Source: an uncultured delta proteobacterium (lineage in GTDB: Bacteria > Myxococcota_A > Polyangia > Polyangiales > Polyangiaceae). Taken from it: a stretch of DNA of 64,000 bases. Under the pieces are notes generated by a model. That model was not told the origin of the DNA, ran no database searches, and was given only the letters and a program-made list of their open reading frames with translations. The position numbers and the translations under genes are program-made. The number at the start of each line of letters is the position of its first letter. Within the stretch, counting starts at the first letter, position 1. Positions 42,262 through 52,362 of the stretch are shown one piece after another. The stretch spans positions 288,001-352,000 of the forward strand of contig CAWJCS010000004.1 in assembly GCA_963841435.1 (NCBI GenBank), read 5' to 3'.

Positions 42262-44990
42262 TCAGTGCGCACTGTGCCAGTTCGGGCCGCTGCCCACGTC
42301 GACGACGAGCGGCACCGAGAGCTCGTAGACGGACTCCATGGCGCTTTTCACGCGTTCCTTGGCGACCGCCACCTCGTCCTTCGGCACCTCGAACACGAGC
42401 TCGTCGTGCACGGAAAGAATCATGCGGGCGCCCGGTGTCACGGGCTCCCGTAGCGCCAGCATGGCGAGCTTGAGCAGGTCGGCGGCGCTGCCCTGGATCG
42501 GCATGTTCATGGCGACGCGCTCCGCGGCGAGCCGCTCGGCGCGGTTCCCGCTGCGGATGCCGGGCACGAGACGGCGTCGTCCGAGCAAGCTGCGCACGGC
42601 CTCGCCGCTGCGCGCGCGCTCCAGGGTCTCGTTCATGAAGCGGCGTACGCCCTGGTAGCGCTGGAAATACGCGGCGATGAAGCCCGCCGCCTCGGCGCGC
42701 GGGATCTTGAGCACCTTGGCGAGCCCGCTCTCGCCCTGTCCGTAGATGACGCCGAAGTTCACGGCTTTGGCGCGCGTGCGGTGCTCGCGCGTGAGCGCGT
42801 CCGCCGTGACGCCGAAGATCTCCATGGCGGTGCGCGCGTGGATGTCCTCCTCGGTTCGAAAGGCTTCCGAGAGCACGGGGTCGCCCGACAGGTGCGCGAG
42901 CACTCGCAGCTCGATCTGGGAATAGTCCGCGCTCACGATCTCGCAGCCGGGCCGTGCCACGAACGCCGCGCGGATCTTGCGGCCGAGCTCGGTGCGGATG
43001 GGAATGTTTTGTAGATTCGGGTCGGTCAACGACAGCCGGCCCGTCGCGGCGACGGCTTGGTCCCAGCTCGTGTGCAGGCGCCCCGTTCAACGGGTTGACG
43101 AGCCCGGGCAGCGCATCGATGTACGTGCCCTTGAGCTTGGTGAGCTGACGGATCTCGAGCACGATGCCCGGCAGCTCGTGGGACTCTGCGAGCGCTTCCA
43201 GCGTGTCGGCGTCCGTCGAGCGCGAGGTCTTCGTGCGCTTGATCGGCTTCATCCCGAGCTCGTCGAACAGGATGGTTTCGAGCTGGCGCGGGGAGTTCAC
43301 GTTGAATTCGTGGCCGGCGGCACGGTGCGCGTCGCGTTCGAGCCGCCGGACCTCGATTTCGCACTCGGCGCCGAGCGTCGCGAGCACCGAGGTGTCGAGC
43401 ATGACGCCCGCGAGCTCGAGAATCGACGAGCTGTCGAGCGAGCGGCAGCTCGACGTGCTCGTAGAGCGAGTCGAGCCCTGCATCGGAAAGTCGCGGACGC
43501 AGGCGCTCGTCGAGCCTGAGCGCGTAGTCGGCGCCGGCGGCGACGAACGGCGTGGCCTCGCCGCATTCGAGCTCGTCGAAGCCTACGCGCCGACCGCGGC
43601 CCCGCGCCGTGAGCGCGTCTCGCGTGCCCGCCTTGATGCCGAGGTCGCGCTCGGCGAGCGCCTCGCGATCGTGGCGAGCCTCGGGATCGATGAGGTAGCT
43701 GACGAGGCTCGCGTCGAAGCCGAAGCCCTCGAGCATCCCGCCGTGTCGCGAAAGCGCGACGGCTGTCCGCTTCAGGTCGAGCGCGGACTTCACGATCGAA
43801 TCATCGGCGAGGATCGGCGCGAGGCGCTCGAGCACGGCCGGGATCGTCAGCTGGCGCGGCGCCCCGACGTAGCGGTGCGCAAGGGGCAGGTACGCGCCGC
43901 GGCCCGGCGCAACGGCGAGCCCGATACCCACGAGGCCGCCGCGCAGCGCCGAGTCGGGCTCCGTCGCGACCTCGACCGCGAGGCGCTTGGTGCGCGCGGC
44001 CGATTCCACGAAGCGCACGAGCGCCGCCTCGTCGAGCAGGGTCTCGTATTCGCCTTGCTGCGACAGCACGCGGGGTGGCTCGACGGCGGTCGCCGCCGGT
44101 ACGGCCGGCGGCAGCGCGTCGAGCTCCGTGAGCTGGCGGCGGAAGCCCAGCTCGGAATAGTGCCGACGGAGCTCGGTCAGATCGCGCGCTCCCGGTCGCA
44201 GGCGCTCGAGATCGAAGTCAATCGGGCAGTCGTCCTTGAGCGTCACGAGGCGCCGGCTGATGCGCGCGTCGGCCTCGTGGGCGGCAAGCGTCTCGCGCAC
44301 CCCCTTCTTCGCGACCTCGGCGACGTGCTCGTAGATGCCGTCGAGCGTGCCGAACTTCTGGAGCAGCTCGCGCGCCGTCTTCGGCCCCACGTGGGGCACG
44401 CCCGGCACGTTGTCCGAGCTGTCCCCCATGAGCGAAAGGAGGTCGCCGAGCTGCTCGACGCGGACCCCGAATCGCTCCTCGACCTCGGGGGGGCCGACCA
44501 CGCGATCGCGCATCGTGTCCCAGAGCACGACGTCGGGCCCCACGAGCTGCATGAGATCCTTGTCGGACGCCACGATCACGGCGCGCAGGCCGTGCTCGCG
44601 GGCAGCGCGGACCGCCGTCGCGATGAGATCGTCGGCCTCGACGCCGCGCTCCTGGTACGTGGTCACGCCGAACGCGCGGACGATGGCTTCGGTGCGCGCG
44701 AGCTGCGGGACGAGATCGGGCGGTGCGGGCGGCCGGTGAGCTTTGTACTCGGCGTACATCTCCCGGCGAAAGGTGTCGCGACCCGCGTCCATGGCGATGG
44801 CCATCAACGCGGGACGCCGTTCGCGGATCAGCCGCTCGAGCATGGTCACGGTCCCGTGCACGGCGTTGGTGGGCTCGCCCGAGGGGCTCGAGAGGGGCGC
44901 TATCGCGTGGTAGGCCCGGAGCACGTAGCTCGAGAGGTCGACGAGATAGAGCACGTCCGGCGCAGCCGCGGGGAAGAGCTCGCTTGCCAT
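42262..44990 (-). CDS. polA: DNA polymerase I; two +1 frameshifts (43421-43422 and 43086-43087)
   Basis: 5'-3' exonuclease motifs (EADD, DKD, GDSSDNVPGV), FNVNSPRQL, DPNLQNIP, ADYSQIELR, AKAVNFGVIYG, VHDELV. Removing two bases gives 908 aa. The ExoI motif looks degenerate (LAVEVAT). Confidence 0.96.
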
Positions 44991-45105
44991 GCGCCCTGTT
45001 ACCAGACCCGGAAGCTGCCCTCACGGGCGCGTGCGCCCGGGTGTTTCCGGCCGGGCGCTCGAACCCGCTAGCGTTTTGGGGCGAGTCCAGTTAACCTTTT
45101 CAACG

Positions 45106-46561
45106 GTGGCCGAATCGACTCCTGGCGACCCGGCCGGCGCACCGGTGGCGCTCGTTGCTGGCAAGTACCGGCTCACCGAGCTGCTCGGGCGCGGCGGGAT
45201 GGGCTCCGTCTGGGCCGGAGTGCACACGACGCTCGGGACGCGCGTCGCCGTGAAGTTCATCGATGTCGAGCACGCCGACAGCCGCGAGGCCCGCGCGCGC
45301 TTCGAGAACGAGGCCCGCGCAGCGGCGTCGTTGCGCAGCAAGCACGTCGTCGAAGTCTACGACCACGGCGTGACCGACGACGGCCGGCCGTTCATCGTCA
45401 TGGAGTTCTTGGACGGCGAGCCGCTCGACCGCAGGCTCGACCGCTTGAGCCGCCTGAACCCACGCGACGCGGCGCGCATCGTCGGGCAGATCTGCCGGGC
45501 GCTCTCGAAGGCCCATGCGGCGGGCATCGTCCACCGCGATCTGAAGCCCGAGAACGTGTTCCTGGTGTGGGACGACGAGGACGGTGCCGACGTCGTGAAG
45601 GTGGTGGACTTCGGCATCGCCAAGTTTACCGATTCCGCGACGGCCTCCTCGTCGGCGACGCGCACGGGCTCGGTGCTCGGCACGCCGTACTACATGAGCC
45701 CCGAGCAGGCGCGCGGGCTAAGATCCGTCGATTTTCGCTCGGATCTTCTGGTCCGTCGGCGTCATCGCGTTCCGCTGCATGACGGGGCACCTGCCGTTCG
45801 AAGGCGAAGCGGTGGGCGACGTGCTCGTCAAGCTTTGCACGGCGCCGCTACCGGTGCCTTCGAGCATCGTACCGGACGTGCCACCCGGCTTCGATGCGTG
45901 GATGGCGCGGGCGCTTTCGCGCGAGCCCGCGGGACGCTTCCAGAACGCCGCGGAGCTTGCGATGTCCCTCGCCGCCGTGTGCGGTCTCAGCACGCCGCTC
46001 GGCGCCAACTCGGGCGACGGGTTTTCGGCCGTCGGCATGTCGTATCCGTCGCCGCACGTCTCCGGCCAGCCGACCCCGTTTACGGCCACGACGCCGTCGC
46101 CCGCGCTCACACCCGCACCGGCTCATGCAACGACCGGCGCGCCCATCACGCAGACGCCCCCGCCGCGCGAGCGAGCGCGGGCGGGGACGTTGATCGTGGC
46201 AGGCTTGGTCGCGCTCGCCGTGCTCGGCATCGGCGTCGCCGTGCTGAGCAAGATCATCGGCAAGGGTGAGTCGGCGGCTGCTGCTACCCAAACGGCCGAG
46301 ACCGTCGCGGCGGCGCCCCCTGCGCCCCAGCCGCCGGCCATGGCGGCCGCGCCCGCGCCCATGCCCGAGCCGACTGCCGCGGCGCCGTCCGCGTCCGCAA
46401 AGCCAGCCCCGATCGCGGCACCCGCGCAGCCGGCCCCTCGTCCGGTCGTGGCGCACCGCCCGGCGCCGCACAAGCCGAGCCCGCCGCCGAGCAAGGGCAA
46501 GCCGTCGGCGCCCACGACGGGCGCGCCCACGTCGAAGCCTGTCTCGGACATGGGTTTCTGA
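45106..46561 (+). CDS. Membrane Ser/Thr protein kinase; +1 frameshift at 45746-45747
   Basis: LGRGGMGSV, VAVK, HRDLKPEN, DFG, GTPYYMSPEQ; removing one T restores SDLWSVG; then TM and Pro-rich tail. Confidence 0.93.
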
Positions 46562-46695
46562 GCCCGCTCTGGCCGCGTGGCCGGACGGTGACATGGCGAA
46601 CTCGGGGCGCGATCCGTCGTGCTTCGACATGAAGCTGCAACGAATTACAGATCGGTGACAATTGGCCCGGGGCCGGGTGGTACTCGCCTGCACGG

Positions 46696-48198
46696 ATGTC
46701 CTGGGTGCTCCTCGTTCCGTACGGGCTCGTGCTGGTCGTGCTCTGCAGCTACGGCGGCCACCGTGCCCACCTGGCGTTCACCTGCATGCGGTTCGGCCGT
46801 CGCATTGCCCGGCTCGAAAAGGCCCCCGAGGGGCCCTTCGAGCTGCCGAGCGTGACCGTCCAGCTGCCCCTGTTCAACGAGGCGACGGTCGCCGAGCGGC
46901 TGATCGCGGCAACGGGCGCCCTCGACTATCCGAGTGATCGCCTCGAGATCCAGGTGCTCGACGACTCGACCGACGAGACCCAAGGTATCGCGCGCCGCGC
47001 CGTCGAGGAGCTTCGCGCGCGCGGCATCGACGCCGAGTACGTGCGGCGCCCGAGCCGTCACGGGTACAAGGCGGGGGCTCTCGAATACGGCCTTCGTCAG
47101 GCGCGCGGCGAGCTCGTCGCCGTGTTCGACGCCGACTTCATTCCGCAGGCGGACTTCCTCAAGTCCGTGGTCGGCCACTTCTCGCACCCGCGCGTCGGCA
47201 TGGTCCAGACGCGCTGGGACCACGCGAACCGCGCGCACAGCCTGCTCACGCAGGTGCAGGCGCTGATGCTCGATGGGCACCACCTCGTGGAGAACCGGGC
47301 GCGTTTCGCGCTCGGCCACTTCTTCAATTTCTCGGGCACGGGCGGCATCTGGCGGCGCCGGGCGATCGACGACGCCGGTGGCTGGCAGCACGATACTTTG
47401 ACGGAGGATCTCGATCTTTCCTATCGCGCGCAGCTCGCGGGCTGGCGTTTCGTGTACCGCGGCGACGTGCTCACCCCGGCCGAGCTGCCCGAGGACATGT
47501 CCGCCTTCCGCGCGCAGCAGTTCCGCTGGGCGAAGGGCACCGTACAGACGGCTCGCAAGCTGCTCACCCGCGTGCTGCACACGGACCTGCCGCTCGGCAA
47601 GCGCCTCGAGGCGGGGTTCCACATGTTGCCGCATCTTGCCTACCCGGCGACGGTGCTGCTCACGCTCTTGCTCCTGCCGGCGCTCGCGTTCATGCCGGCG
47701 ACGAGCTTCGAGGCCCTTTTACTCATCGACGTGCCGCTCTGCGTGGGAGCGACCGGATCGCTCGCCGCTTTCTACGGCATGGCCGAGCGCGGTCGAGGTC
47801 GCTCGGCGTTTTCGGCCGTGAGCAAACTGCCGGCCGTCATCGCGCTGGGCGCGGGGCTCGCTCCGCATCTGACCGCCGCGGTGATCGACGGCCTCACGTC
47901 GATGGCCGGCGAGTTCGTGCGCACGCCGAAGCGCGGCGGGGCGCGCGGTCGATACCGCCAGTCGGCCAAGCTGCCGGTCTGGGAAATGGTGCTCGCAGTG
48001 GTTTCGGCGACCAGCGTCGTCGTGGCCGCCAAGACGGGGCACTACCTGGCCATGCCGTTCGCAGCGCTCTTCACGATGGGCTACGGCTACGTGGCCGCCC
48101 TCGTGCTTCGGGAGCAGCTCGAGCGCCCCGTGCCCGAGCTCGTGGCGGCCGAGCTCGACACGCCCGCCGACGTACCGTCGGTCGCGAACGCCGCCTAA
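46696..48198 (+). CDS. Membrane GT2 glycosyltransferase (CesA/CslA-like)
   Basis: VTVQLPLFNE, QVLDDSTD, GYKAGAL, FDADF, TEDLD, QQFRW (QxxRW), C-terminal TMs. Confidence 0.92.
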   Translation: MSWVLLVPYGLVLVVLCSYGGHRAHLAFTCMRFGRRIARLEKAPEGPFELPSVTVQLPLFNEATVAERLIAATGALDYPSDRLEIQVLDDSTDETQGIARRAVEELRARGIDAEYVRRPSRHGYKAGALEYGLRQARGELVAVFDADFIPQADFLKSVVGHFSHPRVGMVQTRWDHANRAHSLLTQVQALMLDGHHLVENRARFALGHFFNFSGTGGIWRRRAIDDAGGWQHDTLTEDLDLSYRAQLAGWRFVYRGDVLTPAELPEDMSAFRAQQFRWAKGTVQTARKLLTRVLHTDLPLGKRLEAGFHMLPHLAYPATVLLTLLLLPALAFMPATSFEALLLIDVPLCVGATGSLAAFYGMAERGRGRSAFSAVSKLPAVIALGAGLAPHLTAAVIDGLTSMAGEFVRTPKRGGARGRYRQSAKLPVWEMVLAVVSATSVVVAAKTGHYLAMPFAALFTMGYGYVAALVLREQLERPVPELVAAELDTPADVPSVANAA

Positions 48199-48306
48199 AG
48201 CGGCCCTCGCGGCCCGCACGGAGGCCGACACCGAGCCAAGAAGTGCCGTTGGGCGCAGGCTCCCGAGCCGAGCGGGTCCGAGCAAGGTATGCTCTTCGTT
48301 AGCCCA

Positions 48307-48334
48307 TGGACAACCCCAGGCACCCGGGTACTAT
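48307..48334 (+). promoter_or_regulatory. sigma70-like promoter for ihfA
   Basis: TGGACA-16 nt-TACTAT, 19 nt upstream of ATG 48354. Confidence 0.4.
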
Positions 48335-48353
48335 CGTCCCTAGCTCGCGAACG

Positions 48354-48677
48354 ATGACGAAGGCGGACATCGTCCAGGCCGTGTACACGAGGCTAGGTGG
48401 CTTCTCGAAGAAGGAGTCGGCTGACCTCGTGGATCTCGTCTTCGAGACGATGAAGGAGACCCTCGGCCGCGGCGAGAAGATCAAGATCTCGGGGTTTGGC
48501 AACTTCGTCTTGCGCGACAAGCGGCAGCGCCAGGGGCGCAATCCCCAGACCGGCGACCCCATCACCATCACCGAGCGACGCGTCCTGAACTTCAAGGCCA
48601 GCCAGCTGCTCAAGCAGGCCCTGAACGAGGAGCGGACGGGCTCGGACAGCGCCGGCTCCCCCGAGGTGAAGGGTTAG
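48354..48677 (+). CDS. ihfA: Integration host factor subunit alpha
   Basis: MTKADIV...KISGFGNFVLRDKRQRQGRNPQTG.PITITERRVLNFKASQLLK. Confidence 0.93.
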   Translation: MTKADIVQAVYTRLGGFSKKESADLVDLVFETMKETLGRGEKIKISGFGNFVLRDKRQRQGRNPQTGDPITITERRVLNFKASQLLKQALNEERTGSDSAGSPEVKG

Positions 48678-48681
48678 CGTC

Positions 48682-49065
48682 TTGTCCGAGCACGAAGAGC
48701 TGCCCGTCAAGCTCTACTATCGGATCGGAGAAGTCTCGAATCTCGTCGGCGTCGAGCCCCACGTGCTCCGCTACTGGGAAACCGAGTTTCGCTCGATTCG
48801 CCCGCAGAAGTCCCGCAAGGGACAGCGTATCTATTCGCGCCGCGACGTCGACCGGCTCCTCAAGGTCAAGGACCTGCTCTACACGCACGGGTTCACCATC
48901 GCGGGAGCACGCCGGCGCCTGCGGGAAACCGGTCTCGAGCCCCTGAGCGCTGCCGAGGCCGTCGTTGCCGAACGCACGCGGGTGGCTCTTTCCGAGCTAC
49001 GCGACGACGTTCAAAGCATGCTTGCCGAGATCGACCTCATCGCAGGGCCGAAGGCACTGCCCTGA
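48682..49065 (+). CDS. MerR family regulator (ihfA-linked type)
   Basis: KLYYRIGEVS...VEPHVLRYWETEF...GQRIYSRRD...GFTIAGA. Confidence 0.9.
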   Translation: MSEHEELPVKLYYRIGEVSNLVGVEPHVLRYWETEFRSIRPQKSRKGQRIYSRRDVDRLLKVKDLLYTHGFTIAGARRRLRETGLEPLSAAEAVVAERTRVALSELRDDVQSMLAEIDLIAGPKALP

Positions 49066-49165
49066 GCCCGGAGCTAGGCGAGGCCGGGTAGGACGGAGAA
49101 CGTCCGGGCACGCTTGACGCGAGCGTGGCGAACGGTCAGATGCGTTCTAGAAGAAGGAGACGACC

Positions 49166-49624
49166 ATGGCGGAAGGCCTCAATCGCGTAATGCTGCTCGG
49201 TAACCTCGGCGCCGATCCCGAGCTTCGCATGACGAGCGGCGGACAGGCCGTGCTCAAGCTGCGCCTGGCGACGAGCGAAACGTATCTCGATCGCAATCGC
49301 GTCCGACAGGAGCGGACCGAATGGCACAGCGTCGTCGTGTGGGGTAAGCGGGCCGAGGCGCTTGCGAAGATCCTCTCCAAAGGCTCGCGCATCTTCGTCG
49401 AAGGAGGCATTCGGACCTCGAGCTACGACGACAAGGAAGGGCACAAGCGTTACCGCACCGAGGTCGTCGCCAACAACATCATCCTCTCGGGCGGCGGGAG
49501 GGGAGGGCCTCGTCCTTCCGAGGGGCCTTCTCCGGGTGACGAAGCCGAGGCCGCGCCTGCTGCCGGCGGCAGCTACGGGGATGCCGACTACGGCGGTGGT
49601 GGCGACGACGAGATCCCCTTCTGA
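49166..49624 (+). CDS. ssb: Single-stranded DNA-binding protein
   Basis: AAGGAG RBS; LNRVMLLGNLGADPELR, TEWH, acidic tail DDEIPF. Confidence 0.97.
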   Translation: MAEGLNRVMLLGNLGADPELRMTSGGQAVLKLRLATSETYLDRNRVRQERTEWHSVVVWGKRAEALAKILSKGSRIFVEGGIRTSSYDDKEGHKRYRTEVVANNIILSGGGRGGPRPSEGPSPGDEAEAAPAAGGSYGDADYGGGGDDEIPF

Positions 49625-49915
49625 CCTCGGTCTCCTCGCGCGCTCGTGTCCCGGCGCCCTGGGCGCCGCAGCCGGCCTGCCCGGCGAGCGCCTTAGGCTG
49701 GACACGCGATCGTCGAGGGACCCGGTCGAGGTATCGTGGCTCGTGCGCGACGCCGCCCTCTTTGCCGTCGCCGGTGACGCCGCGCCGCGCTCGACCGGCT
49801 CGGCCCGCGCGCTCGTGACGAAAGCGACGCTCGCGCGCGACCCGGGCGAGGCCGGTGTCTGCGTCACGCTCTTGGCAGCGGCCCGTCGGGCGATCGGCGC
49901 GAGCCGGGGTGCACC

Positions 49916-51022
49916 GTGAGCGGCCGCGGCCTCGTGCTCGTCACGGGGTTTCCCGGCATGCGCGCCAAGGCGCTGGCGCGCGTGGTGCTCGGCGACCCAG
50001 AGGAGCGGCCGCTCGCGCTGCTCGTCCACCCGCGGCGGCGCGCGGCGGCCGACAGCGCTCTCGCCGCGCTCGCGCCTCGGGTCGCACCCCGCGTGATCGA
50101 GGGGGACCCGGCCGCCATCGACTTCGGCCTCGCGCGCGGTCCATATCGCGCCTTGCTCGAGGAGGTCGTCTGCCTGCATCACGCGTACCAGGTGCTCGAC
50201 CTCGCGGCTCCCGCGGAGCTCGCGCGAACCGTGAACGTCGGCGGCGCGCGCGAGGTGATCGAGTTCTCGCGCGCCGCGGAGCGCCTCGGCCGAGTGATCC
50301 ACCATTCGAGCGTCTTCGTGAGCGGCGATCGCACGGGCGTCGTGCTCGAGAGCGAGCTGCACGCGAGACAGTCGTTTCGTTCCCCGGTGGCGGCCTCTCT
50401 GGCACTGTCGGAGGCCATGCTGAAGCGCCACCCGGAAGTGCCGCTGACGGTCGCGCGGGCAAGCCAAATCGTCGGAGATTCTCGCACCGGTATCACCGAC
50501 CGCCTGGACGGTCCGTACCCGGTGCTCGCGTTCCTTTTGGGCGTTCCCAGCGACACGGTCTTGCCGTTGCCGCCGCGTCTCAATGCGCCGCTGCACCTCG
50601 TGCCCGTCAACTACGTCGCGCGCGCCGCGTACCACCTCGGTGACCTGCCGGCGACGCTGGGTGCCACGCTGCATCTCGTCGATTCCGCGCCGCTCACGAC
50701 GCGCCGCTTCATCGAGCTCGCCGCCGCGCACTTCGGCAAGCGGCTCGAGGACGGCTTTCACGCCGGCTCGTTCGGTCGATCGCTCTTCAACAATCCGGGC
50801 GTCGGCCTTCTCGCCCAAAAGCTTCGCGCCGTTCAGAATCTCGTGATGCGCAACGTCGTCTACGACGCCGCGAGCGCCGTTGCCGGTCTCGCGGGCAGCG
50901 GGATCACCTGTCCGCCGCTCGAGAGCTACCTCGACGTGCTGCTCGCCCACGTCGAGGAGCGCGCCAAGGAGCGGGGTCTCACTGAGCCTCCGCCCAAGGA
51001 GGCTGTCGATGCGGCGAGCTGA
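49916..51022 (+). CDS. Extended SDR / NAD_binding_4 oxidoreductase, catalytic Tyr apparently absent
   Basis: LVTGFPG, IEGD...DFGL, VNVGG, SSVFVSG, IVGDSRTG, HLVPVNYV; the YxxxK position reads SPVAASL. Confidence 0.78.
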   Translation: MSGRGLVLVTGFPGMRAKALARVVLGDPEERPLALLVHPRRRAAADSALAALAPRVAPRVIEGDPAAIDFGLARGPYRALLEEVVCLHHAYQVLDLAAPAELARTVNVGGAREVIEFSRAAERLGRVIHHSSVFVSGDRTGVVLESELHARQSFRSPVAASLALSEAMLKRHPEVPLTVARASQIVGDSRTGITDRLDGPYPVLAFLLGVPSDTVLPLPPRLNAPLHLVPVNYVARAAYHLGDLPATLGATLHLVDSAPLTTRRFIELAAAHFGKRLEDGFHAGSFGRSLFNNPGVGLLAQKLRAVQNLVMRNVVYDAASAVAGLAGSGITCPPLESYLDVLLAHVEERAKERGLTEPPPKEAVDAAS

Positions 51023-52343
51023 TCCGAACGGGGCCTTGGCCCTCGGTGTGGCGCTGCTCTCTGCGTTCGCGGCCGCGACGTGCAGCCGCGAGAGCCACCT
51101 CGAGCCACGGGCTCCGCACGCCGCGCGCGAGACGCAGCTCGGCGTTGGCGCGAGCGCCTCGGCGCGGCCACCCGCCGCTCCACTCGCCAGTGCGAGCGCG
51201 CGCGCCGTCACGCCACCGGCGAAAGCGAGCAACCCCGAAGTCTTGAGCTTTGCCCATCTCTACGCCGCGCTTTTCGGCCTCGAGGACGGGACCCGCAAGG
51301 ACCATGTGCGTGTGCTGTGGCTCGGTGATTCGCATACGGCCGCCGACTTCATGACGGGCGAGACGCGCAAGCGCCTGCAGGCTCGTTTCGGCAACGGCGG
51401 GCCTGGTCTCGTGCGTCTTGGAGCGAGCCCCTATCGCCACGACGGCGTGCACATCGTGCGTGACGGGCGCTTCAACGTGGAGCCGGACCCCCCGTCGCGG
51501 CGCAGTGACCCGGACGATGCCGCGTTCGGCTACGCCGGCATGCGCACGTTGCCGCGCGACCAGCGCGCACGGGCCGAGCTCAGGGTCGACGAGCACGCGG
51601 TCGTAGGCCAGGTTCGCTACGAGCTCTTTTTCGATTTGCCCGACGACGCCAGCTTTCGGGTGTCGCTGGGTTCCGAGCACGACGACGTGAAGGCGGGCTC
51701 GCCGCTGCTCCACGTTCCCGGCTCGCCGATTGCCCGGCTGCGCTTCTCGGCACCCGCGCACGAACCCTTCGCCGTGGAACGCATGCACGGGCGCCCGCGC
51801 TTCTACGGTGTGATTGCCGAGGCCGAAAAACCCGGTCTCGTGCTCGACACGTCGGGCATCGACGGTGCTCGCGTCGGCACCGCGCTCTCCTGGGACGCAG
51901 GCGTGCTCGCCGCCGAGGTCGCAGCGCGTTCCCCCGATCTTTTCGTGCTCGCCTACGGAACCAACGAGGCCTTCGACAATCGCCGCGCCGAGCCGATCGG
52001 CGGCGAGGCCGAGGAGCTCGTCGCCCGGCTGCGTCGCGGCGCGCCGCAAGCCGACTGCCTCGTGCTCGGCCCGCCCGACGCGGCATCCCCCGATCTCACG
52101 AGCTTACCCCGCGTCGCGGAGATCGACGCGGTCCTCTACAGCGCCGCCCAGCGCTCGGGCTGCGGGTTCCTTTCGCTCCGCGCGGCGATGGGGGGCGACG
52201 GCGGCTTCGCTCGCTTCCTGCACGACACGCCTCAGCTGGCGCGGCCCGATCGCATCCATTTCACGGTCGCCGGCTACGAGAAGCTCGGCGGAGCCGTGGC
52301 CGACGCGCTGCTCGCAGCCTACGACGCCTACCCGCGGAAGTGA
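51009..52343 (+). CDS. SGNH/GDSL hydrolase or O-acetyltransferase (PatB/Ape-like), exported
   Basis: GDSHT, LQARFGNGGPG, GIDG, AYGTNE, DRIH (DxxH). Confidence 0.85.
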   Translation: MRRADPNGALALGVALLSAFAAATCSRESHLEPRAPHAARETQLGVGASASARPPAAPLASASARAVTPPAKASNPEVLSFAHLYAALFGLEDGTRKDHVRVLWLGDSHTAADFMTGETRKRLQARFGNGGPGLVRLGASPYRHDGVHIVRDGRFNVEPDPPSRRSDPDDAAFGYAGMRTLPRDQRARAELRVDEHAVVGQVRYELFFDLPDDASFRVSLGSEHDDVKAGSPLLHVPGSPIARLRFSAPAHEPFAVERMHGRPRFYGVIAEAEKPGLVLDTSGIDGARVGTALSWDAGVLAAEVAARSPDLFVLAYGTNEAFDNRRAEPIGGEAEELVARLRRGAPQADCLVLGPPDAASPDLTSLPRVAEIDAVLYSAAQRSGCGFLSLRAAMGGDGGFARFLHDTPQLARPDRIHFTVAGYEKLGGAVADALLAAYDAYPRK

Positions 52344-52362
52344 CGCGCGGGCGCGCGCCCCC

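Noticed and set aside
42262..44990. polA, the kinase, TBDR and serine hydrolase as pseudogenes or programmed frameshifts
   Set aside because: All motifs are intact, there are no slippery sequences, and the +1 signature is identical, so sequencing error is more likely.
49130..49150. LexA box before ssb (GAAC-N10-GTTC)
   Set aside because: The spacing fits no LexA consensus I know and the match to the Myxococcus box is only partial.
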